DNA from: Eledone cirrhosa
Lineage: Eukaryota
Reading direction: 5' to 3'
DNA length: 64,000 nucleotides
Assembly (NCBI GenBank): GCA_964016885.1
Contig: OZ024741.1
Location: forward strand, 305,226,001-305,290,000
The notes below the pieces were generated by a model. The model did not search any database and was not told the DNA's origin. It was given only the letters and a program-made list of their open reading frames with translations. Of the stretch, positions 55,319 to 64,000 are shown piece after piece. The position numbers were made by a program, and so were the translations under genes. How positions within the stretch are numbered: the first letter of the stretch is position 1; each line of letters starts with the position of its first letter.

Positions 55319-55674
55319 TTTGATTTCTACAGCTGGATGCCTTTCCTAACACCAACCTCATTTACAGTGAGTGTTGGGTGCCTTTTTTATTCCGTGGCCC
55401 CTACAAGTCTACTTTACAGTTGCTCTTTTGCCGTGGCACCTCCACGACCACTTTGCAGTTTACTCAGCTGTAGAAATGAGATGATAGGGACTGGGGTCCC
55501 TATCATCTCATATCTACAGCTGAGTAAACTGGAATAAAAAAGGCACTCAGCACTCACTGTAAATGAGGTTGGTGTTAGGAAGGGCATCTAGCTGTAGAAA
55601 TCAAGCCAGAATCAGTTCCCGTCCCACCCTTGCAAGCAGGGAAAAGCGGATGTAAAATGATGATGATGATGATG
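55319..55674. mobile_element. Rearranged, inverted OR-like SINE tail fragments
   Basis: 55319-55388 is inverse to ~55537-55603. Internal palindrome ~55458-55529. (GAT)n at the right end. Confidence 0.7.
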
Positions 55675-55909
55675 TATGTACGTATGTATATATATATATA
55701 TATATGTGTGTATATATAAGTTACCACATAATGAGGGGACTAAACCTTGTTGCAAAGCGAATTCCTCAACCATATACCTATAAATTTACTGAACATACAG
55801 CATGTCATGGGCATTTTAAACCTGGCAGTACCTATTTTTCTTTTGGTCTGAACACAGTCAATTCCTTCCAGAAAAGGAGAGAGAGAAAATGATAGAAATA
55901 CAGAGGAAA

Positions 55910-56064
55910 AATTACCCCAGTACTGGACTGGTACTTTCTTTATCAACTTCAAATGGATGAAAAGCAAAGCTGTTCTTGGTACGATTTGAACTCAGAGTGC
56001 AGAGAACCAGAACAAATAGTGGGGCATGTAATCCAACACCCTAACAACTCTGGCAATCTACTCC
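55910..56064 (-). mobile_element. Degenerate OK-like SINE
   Basis: CTGGTACTT..GGATGAAA..GATTTGAACTCAG. Confidence 0.6.
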
Positions 56065-56479
56065 TTTATTGAAATAGAAGAGAATTAAATTTTGTATATT
56101 TTCTACAAGCAGTGATGGAACTAGGTCTTAAGAACACTGGGTTGGTGAGGTAGAGGTTGGGAAAGTGTAGGTTAGACACAATAAGTTCTCTTCACACCGT
56201 GAGAAACTAAATAGCAGGGTAATGTACTATCCCTGCAGTGCGTCCCCACTTCACACACACATACTCACACCCACCATTTACATCACTACTTCCAACTTTA
56301 ATCTTTAATTGTGTTCTTAAATTGTTGACATTATACAAGTATGAAGGCAGTATATAGAAACATGAAAAAGAGAGACAGACAAAAAAAAATATAATGTACA
56401 TACAAATACACACTCATACATAAGGTTATGTAAGAAAGAAAACGACACATATATATATGTATATATACATATATGTATA

Positions 56480-56685
56480 TAAAGTGCTTATGGTGGTGAT
56501 ATGACAAAAAGCGCCAAACCTACACTGTAAAGTGGTTGTGTAGGTGTCACGACTAAAATCATCTAGCACACCCTGTAAATGTGGTTGGCGCCAGGAAGAG
56601 CATCCAGCTGTAGAAACCAAGCCCAAAACAGTTCTGTATGAGCACGGCATGGTCACCTGACCTGGCATTTCTCACAACAGGACAA
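56480..56685 (+). mobile_element. RTE 3' UTR fragment, cut off near a Helitron start
   Basis: CACTGTAAAGTGG modules and GCATCCAGCTGTAGAAA. Confidence 0.7.
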
Positions 56686-57049
56686 TATACAAAAATTATA
56701 AAGATAGATGGAGAAGTTAAACACAGCTCAAAATAGAGTAATCTATACATATATATAAAACTGAAATTGTCTGTGTGTGTGTCCTAATTTTTGAAAAGTC
56801 TAAACAAATCCACATTTCTACTCCAATTGACTTCAAACTTGCATTTATATACTCCTTGCGGTCTAAAGATATTAACTGCAGCTTTTATTTTTCCTATTTT
56901 CTGTTGTTAAAGGGGTGTTAGGTGCCGGTTAGTGATCTCTCTCTCTTTCTTAGTCTGTCTTTTTAGATAGATACATAGCTATAACATCGCACCCTTATAA
57001 TATCTGTTTGTATGTCTGGCTGTCTTCATTATGACATGATGAAAACATT

Positions 57050-57263
57050 GTTCACATTGCTGACGTATAATCTTCACTATTTTCCGTTCATTGCCAGGGA
57101 ACGTCTTCACGAACCAAAGTATCGTCTTCCTGTTTTCCTTTGGTTGCAATGTTTTTCAAAATATTTACTTCTGTGTTCACAGATTGATTTTTTTAGCTTC
57201 TGAAGATCCCGTTAAGGGTGAAAGCAGCGATTCTTTGCTTAAACTTTAATCTGTTATTTTAAT
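57050..57263 (+). mobile_element. PLE 3' end fragment (family of 10615-15037) nested in the Helitron
   Basis: Aligns by eye to ~14830-15031. Confidence 0.8.
57195..57245 (+). ncRNA. Hammerhead (family 3) with canonical core
   Basis: AGCUU-CUGAAGA-UCCC GUUAA GGGU-GAAA-GCA..UGC-UU/AAACU. Confidence 0.72.
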
Positions 57264-58548
57264 ATATATATATATATATAATTATATATTCGTGTACAGA
57301 TGTTTTTGCATACACAAAAACAAAATATAAACAAACGTATTTATTTCACGAAAGCACAGACGGCTTATCGTCATTGTTACTGCCGATATGCCAACCAAAA
57401 AGTCCCAATATTTTGGCACAAGGCCAGCAATTAAATAGTCAACGGTTCGGAAATCGCATGCATCACTGACGAGTTTACTCCTTACTCTACCAGTTAGTCT
57501 TAGTGTACTTCGTCCTGCTTTTAGGTCATGCCTCGAAGGAAGAGATACTCCATTGGCCGAAATACTGCAAAAGCAGCAAGAAAAAGAACAAGGCGGGCAA
57601 ACGAATTGTCAGTGGAATCTGGTATTCGACGGTTGCAAGATGCTAAACATGCTGCCACCAGAAGAGCACCTGAAACAGACAACCAACGAACCATTCGCCG
57701 GACTGTGTCAGCTTTGCAATGTCTATCAACAAATCCCAGGGTCAGACTCTAGCTGTTGCTGGTCTTCTTTTGGAAGAGTCATGTTTTTCACACGGGCAAC
57801 TATACGTCGGCTGCTCAAGAGTGGGAAGCAAGACAAATCTCTTTGCATATGCCCGACACAGAAGAACAAGGAACATTGTGTACAAGGAGGTGCTACAATC
57901 ATTGTTTAGGTAGATGAGGCAGAAGGGGATATACACAATTGGCTGAAGAAGGACGAGACTGTGTTAGTAGTACGACCAACGGTTGCTATCATACCAACAG
58001 TAGCAAAAACAACAAAAAAGAGAGGGAATGCAATTACATGCTTTTGAAAAATCTTAATGGAAAATTATTTGCCTAAGCAGAAAATGTAGACACCATCCCC
58101 AGGCCGAGGTATTCCGTACTTCTCTGTACAGTTTCAGAAAGGAGGGATAAACATGCCAATCTATGTTTAGAAGCCCAAGCAACGCCGGGCCATTCTGCTA
58201 GTTTATTATAAAAGCAATACAAAAGGCTATGTATCATATCCCTTTGAAAGAATTTTCCAAAAAGGCATGTATAAAAAATCCTATTGTGTTAAAAATAACA
58301 GTTACACTAAAAGCAAATTATTAAAATAGACACCAAATACAATTAATACATTAAATGCTGATTTACGAACATTTCATCCCATACATGCATACACACACGT
58401 GGGCGTATATATATATAATAAATGTAATCTGAGTTTTTCGAATATTAATAATAACATTCGATTCGTTTGCAATTATGCAAACAAGCCTCAATTTTATAGC
58501 CATGTCAGTAGAATGAACACTTCATTCTTGCTCTTATGTTGGCATATG

Positions 58549-58592
58549 AACAGACAGTAATGTTTCTGGGTATCACCCTTCATCAGTACAGC
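58549..58592 (-). ncRNA. Hammerhead (family 11), inverted-arm copy with small deletion
   Basis: Mirror of 58785-58830. Confidence 0.68.
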
Positions 58593-58784
58593 TCACTGTT
58601 CATCTGCCAAACTGTCAGAGCTAGTGAAAATATATGCTATTTTCAAAAATACACAGTGACTGATCGGCCTGATTTGCATATTAACGGACTGGCTAATATG
58701 CAAATTAGGCTGATCAGTCACTATGTATTTTTGAAAATAGCATATATTTTCACTAGCTCTGACAGTTTGGCAGGTGAACAGTGA

Positions 58785-58830
58785 GCTGTACTGATGAAGG
58801 GTGATACCCAGAAACATTAGTGTCTGCAGT
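58785..58830 (+). ncRNA. Type I hammerhead (family 11)
   Basis: GCUGUA-CUGAUGA-AGGGU GAU ACCCA-GAAA-CAUUAGUG-UC/UGCAGU. Confidence 0.87.
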
Positions 58831-59005
58831 TCTGTTTGCATGCCAACATAAGGGCAAAAATGAAGTGTTCATTCTACTGACATGGCTATAAAATTGAGGC
58901 TTGTTTGCATAATTGCAAACGAATTGAATGTTATTATTAATATTCGAAAAACTCAGATTACATTTATTGTATTCAGCCATGTAGAGCGAAATTTTCTTTA
59001 TATAT

Positions 59006-59353
59006 GGAAGCACATGGCTTAGTGGTTAGAGCATTGGCCTTGCAATCGAAAGGTTGTGAGTTCAATTCTCAGACCGGGTGATGTGTTGTTTCCTTGAGCA
59101 AGACACTTTATTTCACATTGCTCCAGTTTACTCAGCTGTAGAAATGAGATGATAGGGACTGTGATCCCTATCATTCCACTGCAAAGTGGACGTGTTGGTG
59201 CCACGGCAAAAAAGCACCCAGCACTCACTGTAAATGAGGTTGGTGTTAAGAAGGGCATCCAGCTGTAGAAATCAAGCCAGAATCAGTTCCCGTCCCACCC
59301 TTGCAAGCAGGGAAAAAGCGGATGTAAAATGAAATGATGATTATGATGATGAT
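59006..59353 (+). mobile_element. OR-like SINE with RTE-derived tail
   Basis: Homologous to 28650-28986. Confidence 0.87.
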
Positions 59354-59369
59354 ATATATATACATACAT

Positions 59370-59750
59370 TGTTATATTTGGGGATGGTCATGTTGCCAAT
59401 ATTGCCAATAAAAAGAACATGCACCATATAATTTTCATTTTATCTTTATCTTTATTATTCGTTATTCATTCATTTGTCAAAGTTCTTTTCTCACATATTC
59501 TGTGACCTCCTCAATGTCAATCAGTTTTGTACCTCCTCTTCTTTCTGGTATTAGACTTCTACTCCATCTTGTCTTTGTTTTGAATTATTTGTATCTATTG
59601 TTTATTAACTGATGTATAACAATAACATCACTGGTTTTCTCAGATTCTACAGTTTCACTATACACACACATATATATAACAAATTTAATATAGAAATGGC
59701 TTCAACAGGACTAGAACTGTTTCATTCAAACGAAATCATCAGGAAAGTGA
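59370..59750 (-). mobile_element. Non-coding HHR element (family 5 ribozyme plus ~330 nt downstream)
   Basis: HHR at 59700-59746. Terminal motif shared with 28395, 30371 and 32437. (TA)n flanks. Confidence 0.7.
59700..59746 (-). ncRNA. Type I hammerhead (family 5)
   Basis: UUUC-CUGAUGA-UUUC GUUU GAAU-GAAA-CAGUUCUAGUCCUG-UU/GAAG. Helix III identical to 24043-24093. Confidence 0.78.
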
Positions 59751-60071
59751 TATATATATATCATTATCATCATCATCATCATCATCGTTTAACATCCATT
59801 TTCCACCTAGTATTGGTTAGACGAGCTGTCCCGTTGTGACACAAGCCAGGTCAGATGACCGTGTCGTGCTCAAACAGAACTGATTTGGGCATGATTTCTA
59901 TGGGTGGATGTTCTTGCTAACACCAACCATATTTACAGTGTGTGCTGGGTGCTTGTTGTCATACCACATTATGATCACTTTACAGTGTAGGCCAGGCATT
60001 TTTGTCCTATCATCAACATGACCACTTTAAAGTGTGGTCTTGACACTTTTGTCATGTCACCACCACAAACG

Positions 60072-60167
<96 letters not shown>

Positions 60168-60273
60168 CATTTGCTTTGCTATTTCTGGATGGTGCGTTAT
60201 GATGTGGGTAAGGTGTTACGGTGTCATTACCTTTGAGAGGCGCAATTGTGCAAGGTTAGCTTTTATCACCTCA

Positions 60274-61269
60274 CTAGCATTAAAGCCCGGCGTTGCTCGG
60301 GGTCATTAAGTTACCAAAGTTAGGTTGCACCACCCATTTTATGGCAGCACTTTTTTGTCTGCCAGGCACTGGGTGAATGAATTGCAGACCTGGAAGCATG
60401 AGCTGCGCCAGCAGTGACAATTGTAGTTTTGCCTATGGATATTATCTCTGTGCAAAAAAGTGTTGAAATTTATTGTTTCACAGTACTTGCGCAACACGCG
60501 CGTAGACGATGCCAGCCGAACAACAGAGCTGCGATGGAGTTGTTCTGCATGGTTGTCTGTGTGTTTTCTAAATTTAAGACAGTAGGGAGGGTTGTGATAT
60601 GAGGGAGAGTTAGCTGTTGTTTCTAGCAGGTTTAGTGACCTCATAGAGTATATGTGTTTTCTAAATTTAAGACAGTAGGGAGTGGTGTGATATAGGGGAG
60701 AGTTAGCTGCTGTTTCTAGCAGGTTTAGTGACCTCATAGAAGATATGTTTTCTAAATTTAAGACAGTAGGGAGGGGTGTGATATGGGGGAGAGTTAGCTG
60801 CTGTTTCTAGCAGGTTTAGTAACCTCATAGCGGATATGTGTTTTCTAAATTTAAGACAGTAGGGAGTGGTGTGGGGAGGGGTGTGATATGGGGGAGAGTT
60901 AGCTGCTGTTTCTAGCAGGTTTAGTAACCTCATAGAGGATATGTGTTTTCTAAATTTAAGACAGTAGGGAGTGGTGTGAACGGACAGTATCACCATCAAG
61001 CTTGGAAAGAGAAAGTAGCAGAAAGTATGAAGTTGTATAGATTTTGAATGGTAGTAGAAAGAGTTCAGCAGTTTAAATGAGAGAGAAAAATCGTAAAATA
61101 TTGAGTTTTATCTATTTTTTGCGTAATTGTGGGTGAAATTGAAAAAATTATCTCCGTCAAGACGCAATCGAAACTATTTCGAATACTGAATTGTAAATTT
61201 CAATTGAAGAAATTCTATATCGTAGATTTCTATAACGAAGGAGCATGACCACACACTGAGCTTTATAGA
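60274..61269 (-). mobile_element. Non-autonomous Helitron inserted in the RTE
   Basis: Minus-strand end CCCGAGCAACGCCGGG..GCTAG|T at 60274 and A|TCTATAAAGCTCAGTGTG start at 61269. Confidence 0.72.
60559..60978. repeat. Tandem array of ~93 bp unit (~4.4 copies) inside the Helitron
   Basis: GTGTTTTCTAAATTTAAGACAGTAGGGAG..GCTGTTTCTAGCAGGTTTAG..CCTCATAG recurs at ~60561, 60654, 60746, 60838 and 60943. Confidence 0.92.
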
Positions 61270-62751
61270 TTATGATTCCAAGTCTACCTACTCCATAGCT
61301 TTCATCAACTTTGAGCACTCTGCTCCTTTTTATACAGCTATCACCCTTCATATGCATCACATGTCTATACCAACACTATCTCCTCTCCTGCACACTGCAT
61401 CTGATCTCTCTTATGCCCAGTTTCTCTTTCAGTTCATTTATACTTTTCTGTTCATGTATATTACTATTACACATCCATCAAAGCATGGAAGCTACATTTC
61501 TTTCCAATTTTTGCAGGTCATCTGCACATTGTGCCCAGGTCTCACTACCATGCAACATTGCTGTTTGTATTCATGCATCATACAATCTGCCCTTTAATTT
61601 GAGAGGAAACCCTTTTGTAGTTAGCAGCAGTAGTAGCTCCCTGAACTTCTCCATTCCATTTTCACTCTGGCTCCTGTGCTTTCTGTGCTAATTTGGTCAC
61701 CCAAGTAACAAAGTATCTACTACTACAGAGCCTCTGGGCATTTAAAGGAACTAGTATCCTGTGAGCTCTTGCTACTTACTGCACCTATGCATCGGCCACA
61801 TATAAACCTTACTTTCTTTGCTAGCCTGCTTGAGATTCAACTACATCTCTTATGTACCCATTTGGGACATAGGATGGTATTTCTACCTACTCCTTTTAAA
61901 CACACTGAGCAAACCCATTTCCGTAGGGAATCTGTGTCTTGTATTCCTTTTTACATACTAGGACTTTAGTCTTTGACAAGTTAACTTTAAGACTTTTTGA
62001 TTCTAGACCATGCTTCCAGGTTTTAAATTTCTTCTCTAATTTTGCCATAGATTCAGATATAAAGATTAGATCATCTGCATACAGAAGTTCTCATTGGAAG
62101 CCAATCTTAAACTCTTCTGTTATACCCTGCAGGATAATAATAAACAGGAAAGGGCTAAGAACTGGGCCTTGATGGACACCAACCTGCACGTTAAATTCTT
62201 CACAATAGTCATTGTTAATTCTGTGTTGGTTGTTTCTCTATACATGATTTGTACTACTCTCACAAATCACTCACCTACTCCTAGTTTTCTAAGAGCCCAC
62301 CAGATAATGGGTGTGACTCAGTCAAAATCTTTCTCTAATAAATAAATATGTATATATATATATCTACATAGAGCACTCTTTTTTCCTGGACCTTTCCGAC
62401 GGAATTACTTCATATATATATATATATTAAATGGTGGCAAAGCAAGTTTGAAACAAGTTTGACACGAAATAGCTAAAGTTCACAGGAATGTCAAGCACCC
62501 ATCATGACTATCATGATGACGATGATGAAGGCGATGATTATGTCCTCTCTAATTACTGCAAAATGAGTTGTGAAAATATCAAACTATAGTTTGTTTATTT
62601 TCTTTTATACTTTTTAGGGTGGGATTAATTCCACCCAATCTTGCAGGTCAGAAAGCAGTGATAAATGAAATTATTACGCTAAAAAAATGAACATTTAGCA
62701 ATTTCTGCTTGTTTGTCTCCCTTTTTCTCTTTCTCTCTTGCTCTCTTGCAG

Positions 62752-62802
62752 GGTTTGAGCATGAGTGATGTTATGAACTGCTTTAGCCATATGCAGCAGT
62801 AG
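62752..62802 (+). CDS. Possible terminal coding exon (GLSMSDVMNCFSHMQQ*)
   Basis: ~45 nt polypyrimidine tract ending TTGCAG|G, short open frame to TAG, AT-rich unique sequence downstream. No homology recognised. Confidence 0.35.
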   Translation, partial: GLSMSDVMNCFSHMQQ

Positions 62803-63324
62803 TCCAGTGAAATATAACATTATTTATTTATTCATTTTATTCTAATATTATTACAAGTTAATAACTATTTTCAATAACAAAATGGTATTCATTCTTTTTG
62901 ATGTGCTAGTTTCTGTCAGTCCATAGCAGTAATTTGAATTTTTGTCCTCATGTTGGCAAAGCAACCATATATTCTGACCTCTTGGCAACAGAAATGCTCA
63001 TTTTTTTTTGTTTTCAAGACCTGGTATTACTTAGCCTGAAGAGACTGGCCAACTGGAGGTTATCTGAGATAACTAGCTTCATCATCTCATTCTGCTCTCA
63101 TCTCACAAAGGAGTCTATACATTCAGTTTATTCCAGCAAGCAGGGTGATGAAGTCTTTAACCAGACACTCCGGCCCTATCGATAAGGGCCAGCTAGCTCT
63201 ATTCCCAATGGCACTTCAATAAAGGTTAGTCCACACATGACAGTGTATATCATCTTTCAAACGCTCTGCACACACTCATACACAACAACATGGCCTTGTT
63301 TTCCTATTTTATCACCAATAACCT

Positions 63325-63651
63325 TCATCATCACCATCATCACCAACATTTAATGTCCATTTATCTATGTTAGTATTGGTTGGACGAGTTGTCCTGTTGT
63401 GGGCAATACCAAGTCAGGTGACCATGTCTTGCTCATACAGAACTGATTTGGGCTTGGTTTCTTCAGCTGGATGTCCTTCCTAATGCCAATCTCTTTTACA
63501 GTGAGTACTGGGTGCTTTTTGTTGTGATGCCTACACAATCACTTTAGTGTGGACTGAGTGCTTTTTGTTGCGACACATACACGACCACTTTACAGTGTGG
63601 ACTGGGTGCTTTTCATCGTGTCGCCATCATGACCACTTTACAGTGTGGGCT
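63325..63651 (-). mobile_element. RTE 3' UTR-type fragment
   Basis: (CAT)n tail, CAGCTGGATG..CTTCCTAA and CCACTTTACAGTGTGG modules. Confidence 0.75.
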
Positions 63652-64000
63652 TATTCCTAAATAAAATCTATTTAAGTAGTGATCTTGGTTCTATTGTTCC
63701 TTTAATGGCATTTCACACATGGCGAGACCAATCTTATACATCAGGTTCATCAAGCCAAAAGTTTACTACCACAAACACATTGCTGCACCACAATGAACAT
63801 ATAGATAGGATGAGGGGTTAAATTTTATCTATATCTTTTTATAATTGCATGTTATCAGTCTTCGAAGGATCTTGTTTTTATAAGCAATATAAGTGAAATA
63901 CCTTAATCGAAGAGTTGGTAGCTTCTCATTGGTAGTAAATACTTCTGACTTCCAGGATATAAATAAATATCTCTTTAACGCTCAATCCTCTATAAATATA

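Larger units (their letters stand above)
56742..58201 (+). mobile_element. Internally deleted Helitron
   Basis: A|TC start. Basic RepHel-like N-terminus (57528) fused to PIF1 helicase C-terminal motifs (FAMSINKSQGQTL..FSHGQLYVGCSRV, ~57713-57913). Hairpin GCCCAAGCAACGCCGGGC and CTAG|T end. Confidence 0.85.
58417..58968. mobile_element. Fold-back non-coding HHR element (arms ~58417-58683 / ~58694-58968)
   Basis: ~270 bp inverted arms with a 10 bp spacer. Confidence 0.85.
59760..62338 (-). mobile_element. Degenerate RTE LINE split by a Helitron (pieces 59760-60273 and 61270-62338)
   Basis: (ATC)n tail and UTR. Decayed RT region (VGVHQG, YADD, LHGSETW equivalents) collinear with 33069-34600. 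Confidence 0.85.

Noticed and set aside
57466-57500. CUGACGA followed by a short hairpin
   Set aside because: No downstream GAAA..UH or helix I, so not a hammerhead.
60559-60978. CRISPR-like appearance of regularly spaced repeats (also the RTE 3' UTR modules)
   Set aside because: Whole units repeat with no unique spacers, there are no cas genes, and the context is eukaryotic.

Overview
AT-rich eukaryotic DNA, probably an octopod cephalopod (inferred from tRNA-derived SINEs that resemble octopus OK and OR families as I recall them). The window is almost entirely repeats and contains no complete host gene. The first ~27.8 kb is a giant (TA)n array punctuated by TAATTA, with RTE LINEs, Naiad-type Penelope-like elements (PLEs; RT plus GIY-YIG) and small non-coding elements inserted into it. 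The remainder holds more RTE LINEs (one with an open ~2.8 kb frame), PLEs, SINEs, a DD37D transposase fragment, three non-autonomous Helitrons and two possible host exons. The main signal missed by the ORF track is about 23 type I hammerhead ribozyme (HHR) motifs, read by eye, in about 11 sequence families. They sit either at PLE 3' ends or in 420-520 bp non-coding units that occur circularly permuted (retrozyme-like) and are often folded back into inverted repeats. All structures were derived manually, with no folding or database search. Most short ORFs in the track are microsatellite or antisense artefacts.
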